From Squalus acanthias (Eukaryota), in NCBI GenBank assembly GCA_030390025.1, contig JASTWF010000034.1, forward strand, positions 1,798,001 through 1,862,000: a stretch of 64,000 nt of DNA, read 5' to 3'. The notes below the pieces were generated by a model. The model saw only the letters and a program-made list of their open reading frames with translations, was not told the origin of the DNA and searched no databases. A program made the translations under genes and the position numbers. Shown piece by piece: positions 1 through 12,554 of the stretch (positions are counted from its first letter, which is position 1; the number at the start of each line of letters is the position of its first letter).

Positions 1-392
1 ATGAAATTCCTGGACTGAGGCGGGAGCAGTGTAATCTAGGCAGCCCTGGGAATGAAATTCCTGGATTGAGGCGGGAGCAGTGTAATCTAGGCGGCCCTGG
101 GAATGAAATTCCTGGACTGAGGCGGGAGCAGTGTAATCTAGGCAGCCCTGGGAATGAAATTCCTGGATTGAGGCAGGAGCAGTGTAATCTAGGCGGCCCT
201 GGGAATGAAATTCCTGGACTGAGGTGGGAGCAGTGTAATCTAGGCAGCCCTGGGAATGAAAGTCTTGGACTGAGGTGGGAGCAATGTAATCCAGGCAGCC
301 CTGGGAATGAAATTCCTGGATTGAGGTGGAGCAATGTAATCTAGGCAGCCCTGGGAATGAAAGTCTTGGACTGAGGTGGGAGCAGTGTATTC
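1..392. repeat. 51-bp tandem repeat (~7.5 copies, runs off the window start)
   Basis: Unit ATGAAATTCCTGGACTGAGGCGGGAGCAGTGTAATCTAGGCAGCCCTGGGA repeated; 17-aa periodicity in ORF 66..344. Confidence 0.95.
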
Positions 393-2033
393 TAGTCGAG
401 TCCCATCGTTCCATCACTGGGATATTCTCTCAGATCCCGCCATTTAAGACCATTTATTTGTTATTTCTTTAATCCTGATGGCCTGGTATGGAATAAATCA
501 AAGATCTAGTGTGGGGAAATCCATTTTGTCAGTGGTCTAAACAGAGTGCTAAGGTTGTGAATTTGGAAAGCTTGGGAATTCGGAGCAGAGGGGAAGGAGG
601 AGAGAGCGAGAGGAGCGGCCGGAGATAAAGGTAGGCCAGAGAACCCGGAGCTGGGAGCGAGTGTAAGGGAGTTCGGTAAGTGACATCAGCACAAGGGAAG
701 ACGCTGCAAAGAAAAAATAATATGTTGATTGTGAATTTTTGAAGTCTTGAGTTTAATTCCGTTAAGTTAGTTGGTAGTCTATTAAATAGAGGCATGGCAG
801 GGCACCTCAGTGCCGTGGAATGCACACCTTGTGTCATGTGGGAACTCCAGGACACTTCCCACGGGTTTCGGAGCTTGAGCAGCAGCTGGCGTCACTGCGG
901 TGCATCCGTGTAGCTGAGAGCTCCGTGGATAGCACGTTTCAGGAGGTGGTCACCCAGAAGCATAAGAGTGTGCAGGCAGAGAGGGAATGTGTGACCGTCA
1001 GACAGACAAGGAGAACCATGCATTTAGTGCAGGAGCCCCATGAGTGCATCTCACTCTCGAACCAGTATTCGATGGGTCCGCTGGGGATTACAGCCAGAGC
1101 CAAGTCCATGGCAACACTGGTGGCTGAGTTGTAAGGGGGTGGCAGGAAGGTCGAGAAAGCAATAGTGATAGGAGATTCGATAGTTAAAGGAACAGACAGG
1201 TGTTTCTCCAGCAACAAATGTAACTCCAGAATGATATGTTGCCTCCCTGGTGCCAGGGTCGAGGATGTCACTGAGTGGCTGCAGGACATTCTGAGGGGTG
1301 ATGGTGAACAGACTGAGGTCGTGGTCCATATTGGCATCATCGACATAGGTAGAGAGAGGGATGTGATCCTGTAGGCAGATAATAGGGAGCTAGGAAAGAG
1401 ATTATAAAGCAGGACCTCGAAGGTAGTAATCTCCAGATTACTCCTGGTGCCACGAGCTAGTGAATACAGAAATAGGAGGACAGAGCAATTAAATGTGTGG
1501 CTGGAGATATGGTGCAGGAGGGAGGGCTTTAGATTCCTGGGACATTGGGGTCGGTTCTGGGGGAGGTGGGACCTGAAAAGGCCGGTCGGGTTGCACCTCA
1601 ACAGAGCCGAACCAATATACTCCCGAGATGCGGGCGGGGCTGTTTGCTAGTGCTGTTGGGGAGCGTTTAAACTAATCTGCCAGGGGGATGGGCACCAGGA
1701 TGTGGCATTAGAAAGGAAAAATAAGGTGCACAAAAGATAGGGAGAGACAGATAGCAGTAGAGCATGAAATAGTACGGTATTATGTGGGTTATGTGAGCAG
1801 CAGCGGGAGCAGCGGCGGACGCGGACCTGTTGAGTGCTTTTATAGTGCGGGACGCAGTGGTTGCTGGGTGGGTGATTAATTTTTACCTATATATAAGTTG
1901 GGCGGTTCCTAAACCCGAGACACTACACTTGTAGTGTCCCCCACCCTTCCACCTCCTCTAACCTAAAGGGGGTGAGTGAATATCCGGTAAGCTCTTTCTT
2001 GTTCTAGTTTAATCCGCAAGTTAGCTAGAGGGG

Positions 2034-2961
2034 ATGGCAGGGGAGGCAGTGAAATGTTCCTCCTGCAGAATGTTTGAGGTAAGGGACGCCGTCGGTATCC
2101 CTGCTGATTACACCTGTGGGAAGTGCACCCATCTCCAGCTCCTCGAAAACCGTGTTAGGGAACTGGAGCTGGAGCTGGATGAACTTCGGATCATTCCGGA
2201 GGCAGAGGAGGTCATAGATAGAAGCTTCAGGGATGTAATTACTCCAAAGAATGAAGATAGATGGGTGACGGTGAGAGGGGCTAGGAGGAAGCAGTCAGTG
2301 CAGGGATCCTCTGTGGTCGTTCCCCTCAGTAACAGGTATACCGCTTTGGATACTGTTGAGGGGGACGACCTACCAGTGGTAAGCCACGGTGACCGGATCT
2401 CCGGCGCTGGGTCCGTCCCTGTGGCTCAGAAGGGAAGGGGGGAGAGCAGGAGAGCAATAGTTATTGGGGACTCAATAGTCAGAGGGACAGATAGGAGGTT
2501 CTTTGGCAGCAAAAGAGATGCACGGATGGTATGTTGCCTCCTGGTTTGCCAGGGTCCGTGACGTCTCGGACCGTGTTTTCAGAATCCTCAAGGGGGAGGG
2601 GGAACAATCACAAGTCGTGGTACACATCGGTACCAATGACATAGGTAGGAGAAGGGACGGGGATTTAAAACAGGAATTTAGGGAGCTAGGTTGGAAGCTG
2701 AGAGCCAGTACAAACCATGTTGTAATTTCTGGTTTGTTGCCGGTGCCACGTGCTAGCGAGTTGAGGAACAGGGAGAGAGTGCAGATAAATACGTGGCTGC
2801 AGGGATGGTGTAGCGGGGAGGGTTTCAGTTATGTGGATAATTGGAGCACATTCTGGGGAAGGTGGGACCTGTACAAACAGGACGGTTTGCACCTGAACCA
2901 GAGGGGCACCAATATCCTGGGAGGGAAATTTGCGACGGCTCTTCGGGGGGGTTTAAACTAA
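2034..2961 (+). pseudogene. CR1 ORF1 (zinc finger, coiled coil, SGNH esterase), one frameshift near 2545
   Basis: CSSC..CGKC, LLENRVRELELEL, IGDS, GTND, DGLHL; split across ORFs 2034..2561 and 2503..2961; intact in paralog 29161..30087. Confidence 0.93.
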
Positions 2962-5858
2962 TTTGTCAGGGGGATGGGAAAAAGGGCTGTAGTCCAGGAG
3001 CCAGTGGTGAGTGTAGGGAGGTACTGAGGAGGGTATCAAGGTCGCAGGAATGTACCGGCAGACAGGAAGATGGCTTGAAGTGTGTCTACTTCAATGCAAG
3101 GAGCATCCGGAATAAGGTGGGAGAACTTGGAGCGTGGATTGGTACTTGGGACTACGATGTGGTGGCCATTACGGAGACATGGTTAGAACACGGACAGGAA
3201 TGGTTGTTGGAAGTTCCGGGGTATAGATGTTTCAGTAAGCGTAGGGAAGGTGATCAGAAAGGTGGAGGAGTAGCATTGTTAATCAAGGATAGTTTAACAG
3301 CGGCAGAAAGGCAGTTCGAGGGTATCTGCCGTCTGAGGTAATATGGGCTGAAGTTAGAAATAGGAAAGGAGGGGTCACGTTGTTAGGAGTTTTCTACAGG
3401 CCCCCAAATAGTAATAGAGATGTGGAGGAAGAAATTGCAAAGCAGATTATGAATAGGTGTGGAGGTGACAGAGTAGTTGTCATGGGTGACTTCAACTTTC
3501 CAAATATTGATTGGAACCTTTATAGGTCAAACAGTTCGGATGGGATAGTTTTTGCACAGTGTGTGCAGGAGGGTTTCCTGACACAATATGTGGATAGGCC
3601 GACAAGAGGTAGGGCCACATTGGATTTGGTACTGGGTAATGAACCGGGCCAAGTGTTTGATTTGTTTGTGGGAGAGCACTTTGGAGATAGCGACCACAAT
3701 TCGGTGACTTTCACTATTGCAATGGAGAGGGATAGGGCCATAAGGCAGGGCAGGGTTTATAATTGGGGGAGGGGTAATTATGATGCGATTAGGCAAGAAT
3801 TAGGGAGCATAAGATGGGAACAGAAACTATCAGGGAAAGGCACAAACGAAAAGTGGAGCTTTTTCATGGAGCAATTACTGCGTGTCCTTGATAGGTATGT
3901 CCCTGTCAGGCAGGGAGGAAATGGCCGAGTGAGAGAACCATGGTTCACAAAAGAGGTTGAATGTCTAGTCAAGAGGAAAAAGGAAGCGTATGTAAGGATG
4001 AGAAAACAAGGTTCAGTTGGGTCGATTGAGGGGTACAAGGTAGCAAGAAATGAGCTAAAGAAAGAGCTTAGGAGAGCTAGGAGGGGGGCATGAGAAGTCC
4101 TTGGCGGGTCGGATCAACAAAAACCCCAAGGCCTTTTACTCTTATGTGAAAAATAAAAGAATGACCAGGGTGAGGGTAGGGCCGGTCAAGGACAATAGTG
4201 GGAACTTGTGCATGGAGTCAGAAGAGATAGGAGAGGTGATGAATGAATACTTTTCGTCAGTGTTCACCGAGGAGAGGGGCCATGTTTTTGAGGATGAGAG
4301 TGTGATAAAGGTGGATAGGCTGGAGGAGGTAGATGTACTGAGGGAAGATGTTTTAGCAATTTTGAAGAACCTGAGGGTCGATAAGTCCCCTGGGCCAGAT
4401 GGGATATATCCTAGGATTCTTTGGGAGGCAAGGGAGGAGATTGCAGAGCCTTTGGCTTCGATCTTTGGGTCCTCACTGTCCACGGGGATGGTGCCAGAGG
4501 ACTGGAGAGTGGCGAATGTTGTTCCTCTCTTCAAGAAAGGAAATAGGAATGACCCTGGTAATTATAGGCCGATTAGTCTTACTTCGGTGGTTGGTAAGAT
4601 AATGGAAAAGGTCCCGAGGGATAGGATTTATGACCATTTGGAAAGAGGCAACTTAATCAGGGATAGTCAACACGGATTCGTGAAGGGTAAGTCTTGCCTA
4701 ACAAATTTGATTGAATTCTTTGAGGAGGTAACTAAGTGTGTAGATGAAGGTAGAGCAGTTGATGTCGTATACATGGATTTTAGTAAGGCGTTTGATAAGG
4801 TTCCCCATGGTCGGCTCATGAAGAAAGTAAGGAGTTGTGGGATAGAGGGAAATTTGGCCGATTGGATAAGTAACTGGCTATCTCATAGAAGGCAGAGGGT
4901 GGTGGTGGATGGAAAATTTTCGGACTGGAGACCAGTTACCAGCGGTGTGCCACAGGGGTCGGTGCTGGGTCCTCTGCTGTTTGCGATTTTTATCAATGAC
5001 TTGGAGGAGAGAACTGAAGGGTGGATCAGTAAATTTGCTGATGACACCAAGATTGATGGAGTAGTGGATGAGGTGGAGGGCTGTTGTAGGCTGCAAAGAG
5101 ACATTGATAGGATGCAGAGCTGGGCCGAAAAATGGCAGATGGAATTTAACCCTGATAAGTGCGAGGTGATTCATTTTGGTAGGGCAAATTTGAATAAGGA
5201 TTACAGGGTCAACGGCAGGGTTCTGAGGAACGTGGAGGAACAGAGGGATCTGGGGGTTCATATCCACAGACCTCTGAAGGTTGCCACTCAAGTGGATGGA
5301 GCAGTAAAGAAGGCCTATAGTGTGTTAGCGTTTATTAACAAGGGGTTTGAGTTTAAGAACCGTGAGGTTATGCTACAACTGTACAGGACCTTGGTGAGAC
5401 CACATTTGGAATATTGTGTGCAGTTCTGGTCACCCTACTATAGGAAGGACGTGGAAGCATTGGAAAGAGTGCAAAGGAGATTTGCCAGGATGCTGCCTGG
5501 TTTGGGGAGGAGGTCTTATGAGGAAAGATTGAGGGAGTTAGGGCTTTTCTCTTTAGAGCGGAGGAGGATGAGAGGCGACTTAATAGAGGTTTATAAGATG
5601 ATGAGGGGGATAGATAGAGTAGATGTTCAGAGACTATTTCCTCGGGTGGAGGTAGCCGTTACAAGGGGGCATAACTATAAGGTGCATGGGGGGAGATATA
5701 GAAGGGATGTCCGAGATAGATTCTTTACTCAGAGAGTCGTTGAGGTATGGAATGGACTGCCTGCTGTGATAGTGGAGTCGGACACTTTAAGAACTTTCAA
5801 GCGGTTATTGGATAAGCACATGGAGCACACCAGAATGATAGGGAGTGGGATAGCTTGA
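2952..5858 (+). pseudogene. CR1 ORF2 (APE endonuclease + reverse transcriptase), frameshifts near 3320 and 4090
   Basis: NARSI, ITETW, YRPP, GDFN, LDL, SDH; PGPDG, YRPISL, DFSKAFD, GVPQGSVLGP, FADD. Confidence 0.95.
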
Positions 5859-6032
5859 TCTTGGTTTCGGACAATGCTCGGCACAACATCGAGGGCCGAA
5901 GGGCCTGTACTGTGCTGTACTGTTCTATGTTCTATGTTCAGACTAACAGAGAATCCAAGAAGGTCTAAGATAGAAACAGAAAATGCTGGAAACACTCAGC
6001 AGGTCAGGCAGTATCCGTGGAGAAAGGAACAG

Positions 6033-6069
6033 AGTTAACGTTTCAGGTCTGTGACCCTTCATCAGAACT
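6033..6069 (-). ncRNA. Minimal type I hammerhead ribozyme in Penelope repeat
   Basis: Reverse complement reads AGTT-CTGATGA-AGGGTCACAGACCT-GAAA-CG-TT-AACT. Confidence 0.7.
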
Positions 6070-6585
6070 GGAAAAAGTTAGAGATGTGACAGATTGTAAG
6101 CAGGAGTAGGGGCAGGGAAAGGGGGGAGGGAAGGAAATAACAAAAGGGACGGTCTGTGATAGGGTGGAAGGCAGGAGTGGTTAAATGTTACAAATGGGGA
6201 TGGCAGAAACATCAACAGCTGCCGCCTGAGCTGCAGTCAGACTGGGAGTTGGATCGGAGAATTAAAGTGACAAGCGCTCCACTCCCACTCTGACCTCTCT
6301 GTCCTCGGCCTCTTAGAACGTAAGCTCCAGGAACAACACCTCATCTTTCTATTAGGCACTTTACAGCCTTCTGGACTTAACACTGAGTTCAACAATTTCA
6401 GACCATAACCTCGGCCCCAATTTATTCAGGAGGCAGCTGTTGATGATTCTGCCATTCCCATTTACAACATTTAATAACTCCTGCCTTCCACCCTATCACA
6501 GACCGTCTCTTTTGTTGTTTCCTCCCCTCCCACCTTTCCCTGCCCCTACACCTGCTTATAACCTGTTACATCTCTAACTTTTTCC

Positions 6586-6622
6586 AGTTCTGACGAAGGT
6601 TCACAGACCTGAAACGTTAACT
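6586..6622 (+). ncRNA. Minimal type I hammerhead ribozyme in Penelope repeat
   Basis: AGTT-CTGACGA-AGGT(tcacag)ACCT-GAAA-CG-TT-AACT; stem I AGTT/AACT, palindromic ACGT stem III. Confidence 0.75.
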
Positions 6623-7236
6623 CTGTTTCTCTCTCCACGGATGCTGCCTGATCTTTTGGTGTTTCCAGCATTTTCTGTTGTTATTTCAGATTTCCAGCAT
6701 CCGCAGTATTTTGCTATTGTAAGGTCTAAGAAACGTTTACAGTGTATGTGTGTAAACGCACGAAGCGTAGTAAATAAGGTGGGTGAGCTGCAGGCGCAAA
6801 TAGCCTCATAGGAAAATGATGTTGAGGCGATAACAGAGACCTGGTTCTAAAAAGGGCAGGAGTGGGTACTAAATATTCCTAGATATAAGATGTTCGGGAA
6901 AGATAGTGAAGGAAAGAAATGAGGTGGGGTGGAAGTATTGATTAAGGAGAATATCACAGTGCTGGAGAGAGAGGATTTCTTGGAGGGGACAAGGTCAGAA
7001 TCTATTTGGTTAGAATTAAGAAGCAATAGAGGTACCATTCCACTACTAGGTGTATTCTATAGGCCACCAACTAGTGGGAAGGATATAAAGGAACAAATCT
7101 GCAGGGAAATTAGGGAGGTGGAAGAAATGTAGAGTAGTAATAATGAGGGACTTCAATTATCCCAATATTGACTGAGATAGTAATAGTATAATGGGCAGAG
7201 AGGGAGAAGAATTTCTGAAATGTGTTCAAGAGAACT

Positions 7237-8050
7237 TTCTTTTTTTTCGTTTCTGGAATGTGGGCGTCGCTGGCGAGGCCAGAATTTATTGCCCATCCCG
7301 AACAGCCCTTGAAAAGATGGTGGTGCGCCGCCTTCCTCAACCGCTGCAGTCCATGTGGTGAAGGTACTCCCACAGTGCTGTTAGGGAGGGAGTTCCTGGA
7401 TTTTGACCCAGTGACGATGAAGGATCGGTGATATACTTTCCAGTCAGGAGGGGAACTTGGAGGTGATGGTGTTCCCATGCACCTGCTGCTCTTGTCCTTC
7501 TAGGTGGAAGAGGTCGCGGGTTTGAGAGGTGTTGCCGAAGAAGCCTTGTTGAGTTGCTGCAGTGCATCTTGTAGATGGTACACACTGCAGCCACGATACG
7601 CCGGTGGAGGAGGGAGTGAATGTTTAACGCGGTGAATCGTGTGCCAATCAAGGGGAATGCTTTGTCCTGGATGGTGTCGAGCTTCTTGAGTTTTGTTGGA
7701 GCTGCACTCATCCAGGTAAGTGGAGAGTATTCCATCACACTCCTGACTTGTGCCTTGTAGATGGTGGAAAGGCTTTGGGGAGTCAGGAGGTGAGACACTC
7801 GCTGCAGAATTCCTAGCCTCTGACCTACTCTTGTTGCCACAGTATTTATGTGGCTTGTCCAATTAAGTTTCTGGCCAATGGTGACTCCCAGGGTATTGAT
7901 GGTGGAGGATTCGTCGATGGTAATTCTGTTGACTGTCAAGGGGAGGTGGTTAGACTCTCGCCTGTTGGACATAGTAATTGCCTGTCACTTCTGTGGTGCG
8001 AATGTTACCTGCCACTTACCAGCCCAATCCTGAACGTCGTCCAGGTTGGT
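7237..8050 (-). mobile_element. 5'-truncated LINE (CR1/L2-group family distinct from A-E), with poly-A-like tail
   Basis: ORF 7337..7972 is an RT C-terminus (LGVTIGQKLNWTSHI, YKAQVRSVMEYS); T-run at 7236-7247; same family at 50890-52555. Confidence 0.85.
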
Positions 8051-10384
8051 GCATTTCTGGCCCAAAGAGGAAGGAGGCATTGCTGGATCTGGTTCTCGGG
8101 AATGAGGTAGGTTAAGTGCAGCAAGTGTCAGTAAGGGAACATTTAGGGAATAGTGATTATAGTATCATAATGTTTAGATTAGCTATGGAAAAGGACAAGG
8201 AGCAATCTAGAGTAAAAATACTTAATTAAAGGAGGGTCAATTTCAGTGGGTTGAGAACCGAGCCGGCTTGGGTAAAAGAAATCAAAGATTAGCAGGCAAA
8301 ACTGTCATTGAACAGTGGGCTGCCTTTAAAGAAGAGATGATTTGGGTACAATTGAGGTACATTTCCACGAGTGGGTTGGGTAGCGCAAAAAAAGCCAGAG
8401 CTCCCTGGATGACAAAAGAGATAGTGAGTAAGAGGAAGCAGGAAAAGTGGGCATATGACAGATATCAAGTTCAGAATACAAGTGAGAACCAGGCTGAATA
8501 TAGAAAGTTCAGAGAGGCTGTGTAAAAGGGAATAAGAGGGGCAAAGAGAGTGTATTAGAATAGATTGGCAGCAAACAAAAAATTGGATCCAAAAGTCTTC
8601 TATTGGCATATAAATAGTAAACGGGTATGAAGAGGTGGGGTGCGGCTGATTAAGGACCAAAAAGGAGACCTACGAATGGAGGCAGAGGGCATGGCTGAGA
8701 TACTAAATGAATAATTTGCATCTGTTTTTACCAAGGAAGAAACTGCTGCCAAAGTCATGGTGAAAGAGGAGGTAGTTGAGATACTGGATGGGCTAAAAAT
8801 TGATAAGACGAGGTACTGGAAAGGCTGGCTGTACTTAAAGTAGATACGTCACCAGGAGCGGATGGGATGCATCCAAGGATGCTAAGGGAAGGGGGGAAAT
8901 TGCGGAGGTACTGCCCATAATCTTCCAATCCTCCTTAGATACGGTGTGTTGGCAGAAGACTGGAGAATTGCAAATGTTATACCCTTGTTCAAAAACGGGT
9001 GTAAGGATAAACCCAGAAAATACAGAGCAGTCAGTTTAACCTTGGTGGTTGGGAAGCTTTTCGAAACGATAATCCGGGACAAAATTAACAGTCACTTGGA
9101 CAAGTGTGGATTAATTAAGGAAATCCAGCACGGATTTGTCAAAGGCAATCGTGTCTAACTAACTTGACGTGTTTTCTGATCATTTAACAGAGAGGGTTGA
9201 TGAGCGGAATGCGGTTGACATGGATTTCAAAAAGACGTTGATAAAGTGCCGTATAATAGGTTTGCCAGCAAAGTTGAAGCCCATGGAATAATAGGGACAG
9301 GGGCAGCATGGATACAAAATTGGTTAAGTGACAGGAAACTGAGAGTAGTGGTGAACGGTTGTTTTCTGGACTGGAGGATGGCACACAGTGGTGTTCCCCA
9401 GGGGTCGGTACTAGGACCATGGCTTTTTTTGATATTTGTTAATGACTTGGACTTGGGGGTACAGGGCACAATTTCAAAATTTGCAGATGATACAAAACTT
9501 GGAAGTATAGTGAACAGTGAGGAGGATAGTGATCGACTTGAAGAGGACAGTGAAATGGGCGGACACGTGGCAGATGAAATTTAATGCAGAACAGTGTGAA
9601 ATGATACAATTTGGTATGAAGAATGAGGAGAGACAATATAAACTAAAGGGTACAATTCTAAAAGTGGTGCATGAACAGAGAAACAAATCGTTGAAGGTTG
9701 CAGGGCAGGTTGAAAAGGTGGTTAAAAAGCATACGGGATCCTGGGCTTCATAAATAGAGGCATAGAGTATAGAAACAAGGAAGTTATGATGAACCTATAT
9801 AAAACACTGGTTCGGCCTCAACTGGAGTATTGTGTCCAATTCTGGGCACCGCACTTTAGGAAGGATTTGAATGACTTAGAGCGGGTGCAGAAAGGATTTA
9901 CAAGAATGATTCCAGGGAGTAGGGACTTCAGTTACGTGGATAGACTGGAGAAACTGGGGTTGTTATCCTAAGAGCAGAGGAGGTTGAGAGCAAAGTGATA
10001 GAGGTGTTCAAAATCATGAGGTGTCTGGACAGTGGAGATAGAGAGAAACTGTTCCCATTGGTGGAAAGGTCACGAATCAGAGGACACAGATTTATGGTGA
10101 TTGGCAGAATAACCAAAGGGGACATAAGAAAAAACTTTTTTACGCAGCGAGTGGTTAGGATCTGGAATGCACTGCCTCAAAGGGTGGAGGAGGCAGATTC
10201 AGTTGTGGCTTTCAAAAGGGAATTGGATAAGCACCTGAAGGAAAAAAAATGCCCGGCTTCGGGGCAAGCACGTGGGAGTGGGACTTGCTGAAGTGTTCTT
10301 GCAGAGAGCTGGCACGGGCTCGACGGGCCGAATGACCTCCTTCTGCGTTGTAACCATTCTATGATTCTATCTTTTAAGGAAAAA

Positions 10385-10845
10385 ATAGTTGCATTTATAT
10401 AGCACCTTTCACGACCACCGGACATCTCAAAACACTTTACGGACAATGAAGTAATTTTGGAAGGGTAGTCACTGTTGTATTGTGGGAAACACGGCAGCCA
10501 ATTAGTGCACAGCAAGCTCCAACAAACAACAATGTGATAATGACCAGATAATCTGTTTCTGTTATGTTGATTGTTGGATAAACATTGGCCATGACACCGG
10601 GGATAACTCCCCTGCTCCTCTTCAAAATAGGGTTATGGGATCGTTACGTTCACCTGAGAGCGCAGAAAGGGGCGTTGCTTAACGTCTCATCCGAAAGACG
10701 GCACCTCCGATAGTGCAGCACTCCCTTAGCACTGCACTGGAGTGTTAAACTAGATTTATGGGCTATAAGTTCCTGCAGTGGGACCTGAACCCAGAACCCT
10801 CTAGAGTCAGAAGCGGGTGTGCTACCCACTGAGCCACAGCTAACA
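10385..10845 (-). mobile_element. Deu-domain tRNA-derived SINE (SacSINE1/AmnSINE1-like)
   Basis: tRNA-like head on minus strand at 10780-10840, Deu-like core (GGCACCTCCGA..GTGCAGCACTCCC), L2-like tail TTGCATTTATATAGC; family recognised from memory. Confidence 0.75.
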
Positions 10846-11263
10846 CATTATGCCTGCCTTTTTTCTGTCACTTTCTCGTATATTGTTCTCAGATTTAGAT
10901 CAATACAGGAAGAGAAATTCCCTTTTCTCTGTTCTGTCTTCGGTATTTTTGGACTCTACTAGAATCAAGGGGTATGAGGATGGGCTGGGTGTGGGGAGAA
11001 TGTGGATTTGAGGTCGAAGATCAGCCATGATCTCATTCAATGAAGGGCTCGAAAGACCGTATTGCCAACTGCTGCTCCTAATTCTTATATTCTTCTGTTT
11101 ATGGGAGGGTGAAATATTACGTATTCCCTCACTTTTAATTTAAAACGGTGTACAATAAGGTGAGCTAGATTATGCTGCAGTAAGGTGTGGTGGTGACAAT
11201 GGTTCAATGAGTCTGTTTGTTCAATTACTGTAATTAATGCCAGTTACAGTGAGGCCTAATGAT

Positions 11264-11958
11264 ATCACTGAAGGTAAGCATGCAGGTGCAGCAGGTGGTT
11301 AAGAAGACAAATGGTATGTTGGCCTTCATAGCGAGAGGATTCGAGTACAGGAGCAAGGATGACTTGCTGCAGTTGTACAGGGCCTTGGTGAGACCACACC
11401 TTGAGTATTGTGTGCAGTTTTGGTCGCCTTATCTGAGAAAGGATGTTCTTGCCATGGAGGGAGTGCAGCGAAGATTCACCAGGCTGATACCTGGGATGGC
11501 AGGAATAAGGTATGAAGAGAGATTGGGTCGATTAGGCTCATATTCGCTGGAGTTTAGAAGAATGAGAGGGGATCTCATTGTAACTTATAAAATTTTAACA
11601 GGACCAGACAGACTAGATGCAGGAAGGATGTTTCCGATGCCGGGGGAGTCCAGAACCAAGGGTCACAGTCTAAAGAAAAGGGGTAAGCCATATAGGACTG
11701 AGATGAGGATGAATTTCTTCAACAAGAGAGTGGTGAACCTGCGGAATTCTCTACCACACAAGGCAGTTGAGGCCAATTCATTAAATATATTCAAGAATGA
11801 GTTAGATATATTTCTTAAGCCTAAAGGGATCAAGTGATATGGGGAGAAAGCAGGGACAGGGTACTGAATTTGGATTATCAGTCATGATCTCATTAAATGG
11901 CGGAGCAGGCTCGTGGGGCCGAATGGCTTACTCCTGCTCCTATCTTCTATATTTCTTT
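11264..11958 (+). mobile_element. CR1 3' fragment inserted in the GPCR upstream region
   Basis: ORF 11259..11837 is an RT C-terminus (LVRPHLEYCVQFWSP); CR1 3'UTR; TCACT on both sides. Confidence 0.92.
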
Positions 11959-12089
11959 GTCACTCGGTGATTTCCCTCTGCTCTAAAGATGGAGCTCCCT
12001 TCACTGTGTCACCTCACACAGTCAGCGCGCTGCCCTCAGCACAAAGACCACCAGACACTCATTGGAGGGAAGGCATGGATTGGGGTTAA

Positions 12090-12165
12090 ATGATTTGGAT
12101 ATTAGGAAGATGTTATGATATGCAAAAGCTTTACTCTCCCCTCCTCACTGCTGTTTATGCTCCCA
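12090..12165 (+). pseudogene. Degenerate or divergent first exon (1B) of a GPR139-like GPCR
   Basis: Reads MIWILGRCYDMQKLYSPLLTAVYAP then phase-1 GTGAG donor at 12166; aligns to KYIYYPLLAAVGVP of 53580-53760; upstream in-frame ATG 12075 is closed by TAA 12087; upstream flank homologous to 53430-53530. Confidence 0.6.
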
Positions 12166-12554
12166 GTGAGAATCTATGTCCTGTTAATAATTCTACAAAC
12201 CATGTTACACTGTAATATTATTGTTGTTATTTACCGCGGGATATTCAGTTATTAGGCATATTCTGTGTTTCAAGTTGTTACCTCTTTGTTACCGCATGGG
12301 TTGTCGTATAAACATTCTGGAACATTCTCACTACTGTTTGTGTTCCCGGTAAGACTCTGTATCCAGCTATTAATTCTGTAAATCATGATTAACTGCATTA
12401 CTGTTCTTGCCATTAACTCCCCCAAACCCCCGCCCTGGCTGCTGTTGGTGTTCCTGGTAAGCCTCTTTATCCAGCTATTCATTATGTAGACAATGGCGGA
12501 CAAATTGGGTATCGCCCATTCTGGGGATCTAATATTGGCCGGGTGCAAAGTGTA

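Larger units (their letters stand above)
1795..5939 (+). mobile_element. Young full-length CR1 LINE (family B, copy 1), nested in element A
   Basis: GC-rich 5' end, ORF1 2034-2961, ORF2 ~2952-5858, (TGTTCTA)n tail; host element A resumes after it. Confidence 0.95.
5971..6720 (+). mobile_element. Penelope-like element fragment with inverted terminal repeat and 11-bp target-site duplication (TSD)
   Basis: ~5975-6190 is the reverse complement of ~6466-6680; 6300-6405 is a GIY-YIG C-terminal remnant matching 47610-47740; TSD AAGGTCTAAGA at 5960-5970 and 6721-6731. Confidence 0.85.
560..10370 (+). mobile_element. Old, degenerate near-full-length CR1 LINE (element A), split by three younger insertions
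   Basis: ORF1 remnants from ATG 794 (IGDSIV, GARV, GLHLN esterase motifs); APE endonuclease remnants 6735-7230 and 8050-8600; RT remnants (SGVPQGSVLGP, KFADDTK) 8850-10290; ATTCTATG tail at ~10355-10370; many stops and frameshifts. Confidence 0.85.

Noticed and set aside
1..392. CRISPR-like array or repeat protein
   Set aside because: Head-to-tail units with no unique spacers, no cas genes, and a eukaryotic context; the same applies to the other arrays.
1860..1990. Ribozyme (HDV-like or twister) in the CR1-B 5'UTR
   Set aside because: Hairpins are present (GACACTACA-CT-TGTAGTGTC), but I could not build a complete nested pseudoknot or catalytic core by eye.
4142..5291. Antisense ORFs over CR1 ORF2 (here and in other copies)
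   Set aside because: Shadow frames of RT codon usage with no independent support.
10770..10845. tRNA gene
   Set aside because: Degenerate tRNA-derived SINE head with no full cloverleaf.
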